Positions 9,951 through 19,033 of a stretch of DNA of 64,000 nucleotides are shown one piece after another (positions within the stretch are counted from its first letter, which is position 1; the number at the start of each line of letters is the position of its first letter). This stretch comes from an archaeon (GTDB lineage: Archaea; Nanobdellota; Nanobdellia; Woesearchaeales; UBA9642). The stretch covers positions 1 through 64,000 of the forward strand of contig JAZDHK010000023.1 in the NCBI GenBank assembly GCA_043806035.1, given 5' to 3'. A model generated the notes under the pieces. It ran no database searches, had not been told where the DNA came from, and saw nothing but the letters and a program-made list of their open reading frames with translations. A program made the position numbers and the translations under genes.

Positions 9951-11243
9951 GTGACGCATGTCGGCATTGAGCACATTCATGCATTGCAAATTCTTGACAG
10001 CAGAGGCAATCCAACGGTAGAAGTGGTCGTCGGTGCAAGGACATTCCATGGACGGGCGTGTGTGCCATCAGGCGCGAGCACGGGAACGCACGAGGCAGTG
10101 GAGTTACGAGATAACGGCAAGACGTATCAAGGCAAGAGCGTCAACAAAGCAGTCAAGAATGTCAACACGCGCATCCGTTCTGCCCTTCTTGGCGAGAACG
10201 TTCTCAACCAACGAAAGCTCGACAACTCGATGATCCTGCTGGACAGGACGCACAACAAGAGCAAGCTCGGCGCCAACGCCATCCTCGGCGTGAGCCTGGC
10301 CAGTGCCCGATGTGCTGCAGACAATATCGGCCTGCCCTTGCACGAGTACATCATGCATCTCCTGCCCGAGCAATACCTTTCAAAAGAGCCAGTATTGCCT
10401 TTGCCTTTTGCCAATGTCATCAACGGCGGCAAGCATGCGCAAAACAATATGAGCATCCAAGAGTTCATGATTGTGCCTGTCGGCGCAAATTCATTTGCCG
10501 AGGCGACACGCATGGTGAGCGAAACATATCATGTGCTCAAAAAGATTATCATCGAGAAATACGGCAAGAGTTCAGCCAGCGTCGGTGATGAAGGAGGATT
10601 TGCCCCTGCCGTGAAGACTGTCGAGGAGGCGCTCGATCTGTTGACGGAAGCCATCAAGAAGGCGGGCTATCAGAAGAGCATGCGCATAGCATTGGACTGT
10701 GCGGCGAGCGAATTCTACAAAGACGGCATGTATCTCGTGAACAATCGGCAATACACGGCAGACGGCCTTGCGCGGTATTATGAGCAGCTCATCAGCACGT
10801 ATGCTATCATCAGCATCGAGGACCCTTTTGCTGAGGACGATTTTGTTGCATTCATGCACTTCACGGAGAAAGTAGGTAAGACCATCCAGGTAGTGGGTGA
10901 TGATCTGCTCGTGACAAACATCGAACGCATCAAGAAGGCAGTCAATCGCGGCTGGTGCAATGCCCTGCTGCTGAAAGTCAACCAGATAGGCACGCTGACA
11001 GAATCCATCGATGCGGCATTGTACTGCAAGCAGTACAAGTTCGGCGTCATGGTAAGCCATCGGAGCGGAGAGACGGAAGACGCATTCATCTCCGATTTGG
11101 CAGTAGGTCTGAAGTGCGGCATGATCAAGCTTGGCGCTCCCTGCCGCGGCGAGCGGACGGCAAAATACAATGAGCTGCTCCGCATCGAGGACCAATACAA
11201 GGGATGCAGGCTTGCGAAGTTCGATCTGGTGAAAGGAAGATAA
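9951..11243 (+). CDS. eno: Enolase
   Basis: DSRGNPTVEV, PSGASTG, GDEGGF, LLKVNQIGT, SHRSGET. Confidence 0.98.
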   Translation: MTHVGIEHIHALQILDSRGNPTVEVVVGARTFHGRACVPSGASTGTHEAVELRDNGKTYQGKSVNKAVKNVNTRIRSALLGENVLNQRKLDNSMILLDRTHNKSKLGANAILGVSLASARCAADNIGLPLHEYIMHLLPEQYLSKEPVLPLPFANVINGGKHAQNNMSIQEFMIVPVGANSFAEATRMVSETYHVLKKIIIEKYGKSSASVGDEGGFAPAVKTVEEALDLLTEAIKKAGYQKSMRIALDCAASEFYKDGMYLVNNRQYTADGLARYYEQLISTYAIISIEDPFAEDDFVAFMHFTEKVGKTIQVVGDDLLVTNIERIKKAVNRGWCNALLLKVNQIGTLTESIDAALYCKQYKFGVMVSHRSGETEDAFISDLAVGLKCGMIKLGAPCRGERTAKYNELLRIEDQYKGCRLAKFDLVKGR

Positions 11244-11302
11244 TGGCGGCAGTGGTCTTGAGAACGCGTGTAGTCTCGTTGCAGGAATTCTCTTGTAGGT
11301 AG

Positions 11303-11686
11303 TTACGTGAACTTGATCCTTCCCTCGGTGAAGTAGATGCGTTTGGTGTCGTTGCTCTTGCTATAGCTTATGTTGAGGAGGTAGCTTTTTTCGAGCGTGC
11401 AGGGGATGGTGATCCGTGTTGTTTGCCCGTCGCTGATGTTCGTGAAGGTGTTGTTGCCACAGCCGTCTATGCCCACCGTGAGTTCGTCCAATGCTGTGTT
11501 GAGCATGTTGGTGAGCAAGAAACTTACCTGCAATGATGTTGCTTGCGCTTCCGTGCAGGAAAACCCACCATTGATGACGCATTCATCTCGTGAGAAGACG
11601 CCGGATGCATACAGCAGCACTACTCCCACGATGATGATGAGCGCAGCGAAGACATAGCCGTTAAAAAAATCTTTGGAGAGGGTCAT
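11303..11686 (-). CDS. Membrane-anchored surface protein, divergent pilin-like
   Basis: N-terminal TM helix then GVFSRDECVINGGFSC, similar to the pilin Cys loop. Several N-glycosylation sequons. Confidence 0.65.
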   Translation of the reverse strand: MTLSKDFFNGYVFAALIIIVGVVLLYASGVFSRDECVINGGFSCTEAQATSLQVSFLLTNMLNTALDELTVGIDGCGNNTFTNISDGQTTRITIPCTLEKSYLLNISYSKSNDTKRIYFTEGRIKFT

Positions 11687-12021
11687 GCTTTCACGGCATC
11701 GCCAATGCGTGTATCTGTCCTGTACAGTGTTCCTTTTGGCAGTTCCACGACAAGATTTGCTTTGACGCGAGGCGTGTAGTTCGTAAACGGTCTGAAATCG
11801 TGGATGAGATCGACGACCCTGCCTCTCCTGGTGTACAGGACATCAATGGGTGTGAAGACGAAAAGCATCGTCAGCGGGACGATTTTTGGCCTGCGCAAAG
11901 GAAAGAGGTAGGCGTGATCTTTTCGTGCATGATTGAACATCAGGCCGATGCCTTGTCTGAATGGCGTGCTGAAGACAATGTCATGTTTGGAGAGCCGTTT
12001 CTTTCGTGTCGTGTTGAACAT
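11683..12021 (-). CDS. DUF192 (UPF0127) family protein
   Basis: GLMF, MLFVFTPIDVLY, VVELPKG, IGD. Confidence 0.85.
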   Translation of the reverse strand: MFNTTRKKRLSKHDIVFSTPFRQGIGLMFNHARKDHAYLFPLRRPKIVPLTMLFVFTPIDVLYTRRGRVVDLIHDFRPFTNYTPRVKANLVVELPKGTLYRTDTRIGDAVKA

Positions 12022-12025
12022 GTGC

Positions 12026-12826
12026 TTACCCTATGTAATTGGTGGCCATTTTTTCGGTGAGTACCGGCTTGAATTTTGATTTTGGAGGAGTGTTGCCTTG
12101 CAGCTGGTCCTCGACGAAGGTAATCTCCTTGTCCAGATCCTTGAAGCGCACACCCAACGTGTATTTTTTGTCGAGCAGGGAGAGGATGGCCCGTGCTCCT
12201 TTCAGCCCAAGATAAAGTGGGTGCCCGAATGTCTCTGCAAGCAACGTTATTGCGGGAAGTTTTCGTCGTTGCGCGTTTCCCAGGAGAACTCCCGTTACGC
12301 CCATGATGGGTCCGACGATGCCATAAATGCTCTTTTCTGCAGTAGTGTTCTTGGTGAAGCTAGCAACGCTTGCCTTGTCCGTTCCCGAACAAAATACGTG
12401 CGGCTGCTCGGGAACGTGGTCAAGACCGATGCCCCCAATGGTGATGATGAGCTTGGCATGCCACTCGTCGAGAAGGGTGAGTGTTTCCTCGCAGAGCGTG
12501 TAGCAGGCTTCCTCTCTTACGGGTTGCGTGTCCCCTGTCATGAACAAGAAATCTTGCTTGCCAATGCGTTTGTGGTAGAGCGCTATGCCTGGTGTGCTGA
12601 TGAGGTTGTTTTCGCGAATGAACACGGCGCTGGGCAGGTGGTGGCTGAAGAAGCTGACTATTTTTTTTGCTTTGGTGCTCTCAATGAGCATGTCCATGAC
12701 AATCTTGCCCACATTGCCGATGCCGGGAAGTCCCTCTATGAGAATGGGCTTGTCAGGAGTGCTTTTGCCATGGCGGATGATGCGCCAATCACTGCATTTT
12801 TTTTGCTCGTCTCCGATATTCACCAT
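12026..12826 (-). CDS. PAC2-family proteasome assembly chaperone (start uncertain)
   Basis: LIEGLPGIGNVGK, GDTQP, ITIGG, IMGVTGVLLG, C-terminal HbYX-like NYIG. Conserved position after nop10. Confidence 0.9.
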   Translation of the reverse strand: MVNIGDEQKKCSDWRIIRHGKSTPDKPILIEGLPGIGNVGKIVMDMLIESTKAKKIVSFFSHHLPSAVFIRENNLISTPGIALYHKRIGKQDFLFMTGDTQPVREEACYTLCEETLTLLDEWHAKLIITIGGIGLDHVPEQPHVFCSGTDKASVASFTKNTTAEKSIYGIVGPIMGVTGVLLGNAQRRKLPAITLLAETFGHPLYLGLKGARAILSLLDKKYTLGVRFKDLDKEITFVEDQLQGNTPPKSKFKPVLTEKMATNYIG

Positions 12827-12941
12827 ACTTGTCCTCGGGGCTGAATTTTGGTGGTAGTGTGGGAATCCGTTTGTTGCCGCAGGGGCACGCTTCCTGCAGG
12901 GCATAGCTCTTGCAGGCAGGGCATTTGAGGATGTGTTTCAT
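12789..12941 (-). CDS. nop10: H/ACA RNP protein Nop10 (50 aa, absent from the ORF track)
   Basis: Translated by hand: MKHILKCPACKSYALQEACPCGNKRIPTLPPKFSPEDKYGEYRRRAKKMQ. Has the PPKFSPEDKYG signature and lies between aIF2a and PAC2. Confidence 0.93.
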   Translation of the reverse strand: MKHILKCPACKSYALQEACPCGNKRIPTLPPKFSPEDKYGEYRRRAKKMQ

Positions 12942-13717
12942 GACTCGGCCCGGGCGAAGGCATATTTTATTTTTTTCGCTTTTGTCTGTGCTTCCAAGAA
13001 CTCCTGCATATTGATCAATGTTTTTTCTGCTTGCTTGTAGTCGTTGTCCGTTATCTTGAATGAATATTGGCCGCCGCCGAGGTAGCGTATGGTGCAGTTG
13101 GGAATGTGCTGCTCGGTGTCTGCAAGCAGTGTTTTGATGAGCGTGACACCTCCTGTTTCGTACGTTTGCAGGGTGATTGTGCCGTGCATCTCAATCACTT
13201 TTGGCCGCATTTTCTCTGCGATGATTCGCTTGAGCGGTTCATAGTAGTCAGAAGGTATGCCGAGATCTTCGACGATGAGCTCTCCCGTGGATACTTGTTC
13301 GAATGCCTGGAAGGTGTACTGGTAGTTCTTGAATAGGATGGTGCTGATGGTCTGATAGACGTCTTTGACGTCTTTCTTGAGCTCGTGCGCGAGCAGCTCG
13401 ATGATTTTTTCTGCGCGCTGTTCCTGCTTGAGCTCGGACGCTTTTTCTCGACGGTGTCCTTCGCTTACCCTGCGCAGGGAGAGGTCGATGTGGCCTTTCT
13501 CTCTGTTGATGTCGAGCACTTTGCAGATGATGACCTTGCCTTCGGTGACGAAGTCTCTGATGTTTCTGATGCGCCCTGCAGAAATCTCTGAGATGTGGAT
13601 CATCCCTTGCGTGCCGTACTCTTCCAAATGGACGAAGACGCTGTTGTATTGAATGCTGGTTACTTTGCACAGGGTGAGTTCGCCGATTTCTGGGATGCCT
13701 GTCCTGTGCAGTAACAT
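12938..13717 (-). CDS. eif2a: Translation initiation factor 2 subunit alpha
   Basis: S1 domain with GMIHISEIS, KGHIDLSLRRV. Confidence 0.95.
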   Translation of the reverse strand: MLLHRTGIPEIGELTLCKVTSIQYNSVFVHLEEYGTQGMIHISEISAGRIRNIRDFVTEGKVIICKVLDINREKGHIDLSLRRVSEGHRREKASELKQEQRAEKIIELLAHELKKDVKDVYQTISTILFKNYQYTFQAFEQVSTGELIVEDLGIPSDYYEPLKRIIAEKMRPKVIEMHGTITLQTYETGGVTLIKTLLADTEQHIPNCTIRYLGGGQYSFKITDNDYKQAEKTLINMQEFLEAQTKAKKIKYAFARAES

Positions 13718-13903
13718 TTATTCTAGCACCTCAAGAATTCTTGCCCTGACTCTGCACTTGCCGCCTGTCGGCTCCGCAATCACTTTCTCGCAGACGAGGC
13801 AGGTGACGTTCGTCGAACTCTTGCCGAATGCGATTTGTTCGTTCTTGCATTTTGGACAGCGTACTTTGATGAATTTGCTCGTTGATGCATTGATGTTGCT
13901 CAT
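13718..13903 (-). CDS. rps27e: 30S ribosomal protein S27e
   Basis: SKFIKVRCPKCKNEQ..CLVC..EPTGGK. Confidence 0.96.
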   Translation of the reverse strand: MSNINASTSKFIKVRCPKCKNEQIAFGKSSTNVTCLVCEKVIAEPTGGKCRVRARILEVLE

Positions 13904-14241
13904 ACTGCCACCTCACTGCCATGAATCTCAGTCGATTTATAAAGCTATTGGCGAGGTGCAGGATGATTATTGTCATGCCTGCTGTCCTGGTGCAGCTTCG
14001 TTTTGTTTTTGTTGGTCTTAACCGTGATACGGGTACTATTCTAAAATAAAAAAATATTTAAGATGTGGTCTGTTCTCGAAGGCGGTGTTTGTGGTGTGTT
14101 TGCACATGTTTCTGCAGTTGCAGTGCATGTTTTGTGTGATGTCTGGCGTGACAAAATTTTTTATTCACCAAAAGGTGGTAGCAATCATACGGGTATATAG
14201 TAACGTTTATGCACCGTGTTAACTATCGATGGAGTGAGATC

Positions 14242-15252
14242 ATGACTGATGCCCCTGCCAAAAACCTGTACGACCTTCTCGAAGTCAGCCCTCGCGCGCG
14301 GCCAGAAGTTATTACTGCAGCATACAAGTCGCTCATGAACATTTATCACCCGGATAAGCCAACAGGTGATGCACGTGTCGCTAAGTCGCTCAACCAGGCA
14401 AAGGATATTCTGCTCAACAAGGACAAACGCCAAGAGTACGATGTGCAGCGAGAAAATCTCGTCGGCACGACACTCGGGGAGTACACCCTCCTCGGGCTCA
14501 TTGCAGAAGGCGGATTTGGTAAGACGTACAAGGCAAAGCACACCTTGCTCAATGAGCTTGTCTGCATCAAGCATGCCCACTACGTTTCCCCTCAAGATGA
14601 AGAAATTCTCCTCAACGAGGCGAAGGCGATTTGGGACTTGCGGCATTTCAGCATCCCTGCCGTGCGCAACATCCTCAAGATGGACGATGGTAGCCTTGCT
14701 CTGGTCATGAGCTACGTTCCAGGACCGACGCTCGAGCAGATCATCAAGAAAGTGGACAGGCTTGAGCCTGAGCATGTCGCCTGGATAACTGAGAGATCGT
14801 TAAACGCACTCAAGTACTTGCACTACAATGGCGTCGTGCACGGCGATGTTAAACCGCAGAATATCATCATCCAGCCAGAGAACCATACTATCGTACTTGT
14901 CGATTACGGGCTTTCGGTCATACGTCCCTCACCAACGAAGAGCACCAGCCCAGGCTTCACGCCATACTTTGCAGCGCCTGAACAGATTCATGGCAAAACC
15001 TTGCTTCCCGAGACAGACTTTTACGGATTAGGCATGACCATGATCTATGCGCTCGGAGGAGATATCGAGAAGAAACTTGTTCCCAAGAACGTCCCTGATT
15101 CTTTGTGCTCGTTCATCAAGAGCCTCATTGTCTATGATGTCCTGAAACGACCCAATTGGGAGAAAGAAGATTTGGCAGATACCTTGAAGGACATACGCAT
15201 GAAAGAATTCGGCAGGTTGCGTTCAGGCATGAAGCCCATACCTGGCCTGTGA
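14242..15252 (+). CDS. DnaJ(J)-domain-fused Hanks-type Ser/Thr protein kinase
   Basis: LYDLLEV..AYKSL..YHPDK (J-domain HPD), then EGGFG, VCIK, HGDVKPQN, DYG, APE. Confidence 0.92.
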   Translation: MTDAPAKNLYDLLEVSPRARPEVITAAYKSLMNIYHPDKPTGDARVAKSLNQAKDILLNKDKRQEYDVQRENLVGTTLGEYTLLGLIAEGGFGKTYKAKHTLLNELVCIKHAHYVSPQDEEILLNEAKAIWDLRHFSIPAVRNILKMDDGSLALVMSYVPGPTLEQIIKKVDRLEPEHVAWITERSLNALKYLHYNGVVHGDVKPQNIIIQPENHTIVLVDYGLSVIRPSPTKSTSPGFTPYFAAPEQIHGKTLLPETDFYGLGMTMIYALGGDIEKKLVPKNVPDSLCSFIKSLIVYDVLKRPNWEKEDLADTLKDIRMKEFGRLRSGMKPIPGL

Positions 15253-15262
15253 GGGAAAAACC

Positions 15263-15376
15263 ATGAGCATGAAAAAAGCACATGAGACAAGAGGTCTAGC
15301 GTGCATCGTGAACACGCTTGCCTATCTTTGCGCACCCAACCCTATCATTGAAAGAACGAATGAGGTGAAACCATGA
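15263..15376 (+). CDS. Putative 37-aa microprotein (absent from the ORF track)
   Basis: MSMKKAHETRGLACIVNTLAYLCAPNPIIERTNEVKP. GAGGG SD. Fills the gap, and its stop overlaps the vWA start as ATGA. Confidence 0.5.
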   Translation: MSMKKAHETRGLACIVNTLAYLCAPNPIIERTNEVKP

Positions 15377-16347
15377 GTGAATCAGGAGACTATGATCCGG
15401 GGCCATGGAGGGGGCATGATTTTGCATCCGCGAGAAGAAGCTATGACGTGCACGTCGGCAGGAGCTACGATGATGCCAAGGCAGCGAGAAAGGATACGAA
15501 AGCAGTCCTTGAACAACGTGTCAAGACGGACAGCAGCGCAGCGCTCGTCATTGCATGCGATGTCACGGGTTCTATGGGTGATTGGCCTGCGACGATGTTC
15601 TCCAAGCTGCCCTACCTTGAGCATGAGGCGAAGGAATATCTTGGGGATGATCTCGAAATATGCTTTTCTGCAGTCGGTGATGCGTACTCTGACAGTTATC
15701 CGTTGCAAGTGCGTCCCTTCACTAAGGGGACTGATTTGAAAAAGCGCATGGAAGAGCTCATTATCGAGGGCAATGGTGGAGGCCAGACCTCGGAAAGTTA
15801 CGACCTTGCAGCACTGTACTTCCTCCACAATGCAGAAATGAACAAAGCAATCCATCCCGTGCTGATTTTCATCGGCGATGAAGGACTCTATGATTTTGTG
15901 GACAAGCAGCAAGCAAAGAATGTAGCCAAGATCGATCTGGACAAACGGCTCCCGACAAAGGAATTGTTCGATGATCTCAAGAACAAGTATTCTGTCTACT
16001 TGATCCGCAAACCGTACGAGTCGTCAGGAGATAGGATGAGTTCGACGGACATGAGGATTTACAAGCAGTGGGAAACCCTGTTGGGTCCTGACAGAATTTC
16101 CACACTCCCCGAGGCGGGACGGGTTGTTGACGTCATCTTCGGCATCCTTGCAAAAGAGACCAACAGAGTGGATTACTTCCATCAGGAGCTCATCGAACGC
16201 CAGAAGCCGGAACAGGTCGCTGTCGTCATGAAGTCGCTGGAAAGTGTCCACCGACCAGACCCTTTGAAAGCAGATCACCTGCTTCGTTCAGGTAAGTCCG
16301 TAACGATACGAAAGGATGTGGGAAAGCCGAGCAAGGAGTTGCTATGA
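15373..16347 (+). CDS. von Willebrand factor A (vWA) domain protein
   Basis: MIDAS-like DVTGSMG, VGDA, GNGGGQTSESY, IFIGDE. Confidence 0.85.
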   Translation: MSESGDYDPGPWRGHDFASARRSYDVHVGRSYDDAKAARKDTKAVLEQRVKTDSSAALVIACDVTGSMGDWPATMFSKLPYLEHEAKEYLGDDLEICFSAVGDAYSDSYPLQVRPFTKGTDLKKRMEELIIEGNGGGQTSESYDLAALYFLHNAEMNKAIHPVLIFIGDEGLYDFVDKQQAKNVAKIDLDKRLPTKELFDDLKNKYSVYLIRKPYESSGDRMSSTDMRIYKQWETLLGPDRISTLPEAGRVVDVIFGILAKETNRVDYFHQELIERQKPEQVAVVMKSLESVHRPDPLKADHLLRSGKSVTIRKDVGKPSKELL

Positions 16348-17315
16348 AACTTTTTAATTTTAAGCGTCCAGTAGCCCGACTCCCTCCTGCGGAGTTGGAG
16401 CTGCTCGTGACGTTGTGGCCGAGCTTCCCGCACTTCAAGCGGTTTGCCCAAGATAATAGACTGAGCGCCATTCGCCTGAATACGGCGATGGTGGAGAATT
16501 ATGAGCTGACAAGCGAGTTTGCACTGGCGAAAAGCATTCCTACCGTACCTTTGTATTTCGACATCAAGGGGAGGCAGTTGCGCATCGAGGAATCCATCAT
16601 CAAGCCGGATCGGCTCGAGCTCATCCTCAACCATCCTATTGCCGTGCAAACGCCGACGATGGTGCTCTTCAAGGCAGGGGCAGACTATGCATTGCTCAAC
16701 GAGGTGAAGGATGGCAAGCATCTCATCTTTGATGGAGGGCCTGAATATGTTGTCAAGAAGGGAGAGAGCCTGCACATCCGCCATCCCAGTCTTGAAGTGC
16801 AGGGACAGCAGTTCACGCCGTACGAGCTGCAGAAGATTGACACGGCGAAGAAGGCAGGATTCAGAAGATACTTTCTTTCGTATACGGAATCGCAGCGTGA
16901 CGTCGATGAGTTCAGAAGCTACATCGGCAAGGATGCAGAGCTCATGCTGAAGATCGAGAGCAAGAAAGGCCTTGCCTATGTCGAGAATGAGTTCAGAAAG
17001 AATGGCAACACCTATCTCATGGCGGCGCGAGGGGACTTGTTCGTTGAGGTGGACAAGCCGCACGACATCCTCCCTGCAATGCGGGCAATTCTTGCAAAGG
17101 ATCCTGAGGCTGCGGTCGGCTCGAGAATTCTCCTCTCAACCATCCACGATCCCGTGCCATCCTGTGCTGACCTTTCAGAAATCGCATGGCTGTACGACAT
17201 AGGTTTCAGGAAGATGATGCTCTGCGATGAGCTCTGCCTGAAAGAGGAATTGCTGAGCCGGGCAGTGAATGTCTTCGAGGCATTCAGGGAGACGTACTGC
17301 AACACCAAACATTAA
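16344..17315 (+). CDS. Pyruvate-kinase-like TIM barrel protein lacking the C-terminal domain
   Basis: RLN, DIKGRQLR, LKIES, MAARGDL, P.PSCAD, MMLCDE map onto PK motifs. Only 323 aa. ATGA overlap with the vWA gene. Confidence 0.8.
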   Translation: MKLFNFKRPVARLPPAELELLVTLWPSFPHFKRFAQDNRLSAIRLNTAMVENYELTSEFALAKSIPTVPLYFDIKGRQLRIEESIIKPDRLELILNHPIAVQTPTMVLFKAGADYALLNEVKDGKHLIFDGGPEYVVKKGESLHIRHPSLEVQGQQFTPYELQKIDTAKKAGFRRYFLSYTESQRDVDEFRSYIGKDAELMLKIESKKGLAYVENEFRKNGNTYLMAARGDLFVEVDKPHDILPAMRAILAKDPEAAVGSRILLSTIHDPVPSCADLSEIAWLYDIGFRKMMLCDELCLKEELLSRAVNVFEAFRETYCNTKH

Positions 17316-17340
17316 TAAAAGACCATTACGTACGTGCAGT

Positions 17341-17952
17341 ATGGTGAAACGACAACTTCTGCTCATTCATGGTGGCATGACGTTCCGACGAAAGAAAGAC
17401 TACGTGCAGTATTTGAAGACGAGAAAGATAGCTGTCATGAAAAAAAGAAAGTGGAGCGGTGAGTATCTTGACAAAAAGCTCGGCAAGGATTTCAAGATCA
17501 TCCGTCCTCGGATGCCGCTGTGCGAGAATGCAAAATATGCTGATTGGAAGATCCACTTTGAGCGGCATATCCCGTTTCTGAGAAACAATGTCGTCCTGCT
17601 CGGAAGATCGCTCGGGGGGATATTCCTTGCAAAATACTTGTCGGAGAACAAATTCCCCAAGAAACTAGCTGCAGTGTACTTGATCTGCCCTTCATTCGAT
17701 CGTACGCATTCTGTCGAGACATTAACGGGTGGATTCACGTTACGATCCGATCTCTCTCTCATCGGAAAGAACTGCAAAAAACTCCATTTGTTCTTCTCTG
17801 CAGATGATGTTATCGTCCCGCCATATCATGCAGAACAGTACAGGAAGAAACTGCCTTGGGCGAGCATCACTGTCTTTGAGAGCAAGAATGGACATTTCAG
17901 TGTAGAGACATTTTCAGAACTCGTACGATTATTGAAGAAAGATTTGAACTAG
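17341..17952 (+). CDS. RBBP9/YdeN-family alpha/beta hydrolase
   Basis: LIHGG, PRMP, GRSLGG nucleophile elbow, SADDVIVP, GHF. Confidence 0.85.
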   Translation: MVKRQLLLIHGGMTFRRKKDYVQYLKTRKIAVMKKRKWSGEYLDKKLGKDFKIIRPRMPLCENAKYADWKIHFERHIPFLRNNVVLLGRSLGGIFLAKYLSENKFPKKLAAVYLICPSFDRTHSVETLTGGFTLRSDLSLIGKNCKKLHLFFSADDVIVPPYHAEQYRKKLPWASITVFESKNGHFSVETFSELVRLLKKDLN

Positions 17953-18266
17953 ACCAACTCGACTTTCTTAGCTCTAATCCCAGAATTTTGCACGTGCGTC
18001 TTCTTGCATTCCTTGCACGTAAACCTGAAATCTGTTTTTTTGCTGAGCTTTTTGCCGGACATCTTCCTGCTCGCTATGGGTGGTCGGGAGAAAGCGCCCA
18101 TGTTGCCATGTCCTCGCCACGAGCCTCGTGCCCTAAGTCTGTGCTTCGATGCGTGGCTGAGCGGATGCGCCGCATTCTTTCCTTTCTTTTTTGCAATACT
18201 GATCGTGTGCTCGGTATGCTTGTTGCAGAAGGGGCAATGCCGCTTCGTCGTCTTTGGTTTTTTCAC
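17949..18266 (-). CDS. rpl44e: 50S ribosomal protein L44e
   Basis: HCPFCNKHTEH, KLSKKTD.RFTCKECKK. Confidence 0.93.
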   Translation of the reverse strand: MKKPKTTKRHCPFCNKHTEHTISIAKKKGKNAAHPLSHASKHRLRARGSWRGHGNMGAFSRPPIASRKMSGKKLSKKTDFRFTCKECKKTHVQNSGIRAKKVELV

Positions 18267-18311
18267 GATGCGTTGGAAACTACAGGGGCTTTATAAAGGT
18301 TATGCTTGCTT

Positions 18312-18932
18312 TCAGGATGGAGCCGCTTGCTCTGGGCTCAGTTCGGCAAGTCCCTTGCTCACGAGAATATTTGCAATGACCGGAGGGAGCTCTGCCGTAT
18401 CGCCCGGCTGGTAGGGACCGTGCACTTTGCTGTTTTTGCCCAAGAATTGGGGAACTGCTTTGAGAAAGGTGACCGCGGTGTTATCATCCTTTTGCTCTTG
18501 CACAGGGGTGTTCTCCGAGGTTGGCGTCTTTCTTTTTATGTCCAGCATTGCCTGCAGGACGTCCTTGCGTGTATTCGTGAGCACATCCACGAGTTCATTA
18601 TAGAGCGCCTGTTCTTCGGTGAGCAGTGAGGACATGTCCAGAACCATGTCGTCGCTGAGCCGTGCCTTGTGCAGGGCCATGTTTGCAATTTTTCTCTCTC
18701 GGCGCTCATAGATTTCTTTGATGACTTTTTTTATGTTTTGCAGTTGCAGTTTTGCCTGGTCGTCGTCCATGCCTGCCGAGACTTTCTGCTGGATCATCTC
18801 TTGCTTTTGCTCAAGGTAGGTGATGACGTCATCGAAGAATGTGGAATCGAGCTTCTGTAACTCGTCCTTGTTCTTTTCCCTGCGGAGAATGTCGAACAAA
18901 CTCTCGTACGTGATGCGTATTTCTTCTCCCAT
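18312..18932 (-). CDS. GINS family DNA replication protein (Gins51/15-type)
   Basis: LRREK..ELQKLDSTFF, IYERRERKI, C-terminal GPYQPGD..LP..ANILV.KGLAE. Lies upstream of rpl44e as is typical. Confidence 0.85.
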   Translation of the reverse strand: MGEEIRITYESLFDILRREKNKDELQKLDSTFFDDVITYLEQKQEMIQQKVSAGMDDDQAKLQLQNIKKVIKEIYERRERKIANMALHKARLSDDMVLDMSSLLTEEQALYNELVDVLTNTRKDVLQAMLDIKRKTPTSENTPVQEQKDDNTAVTFLKAVPQFLGKNSKVHGPYQPGDTAELPPVIANILVSKGLAELSPEQAAPS

Positions 18933-19033
18933 AATCCCCCCAGCTTCCTTGGAATGCAGTGCTATTTAAGTTTTTTGTGGAAATGTGCTTGCGTGCCGCA
19001 ATGCTTAAATAGGATTGTGTTTTTCTTTGTCAT

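Noticed and set aside
12827-12904. N-terminal extension of the PAC2 ORF in the track
   Set aside because: The region is occupied by nop10 in another frame.
14027-14195. 9-bp direct repeat ATACGGGTA at 14027 and 14187, upstream of the kinase operon
   Set aside because: No terminal inverted repeats lie between the copies and there are only two. It could be a regulator site or chance, so it is not supportable.
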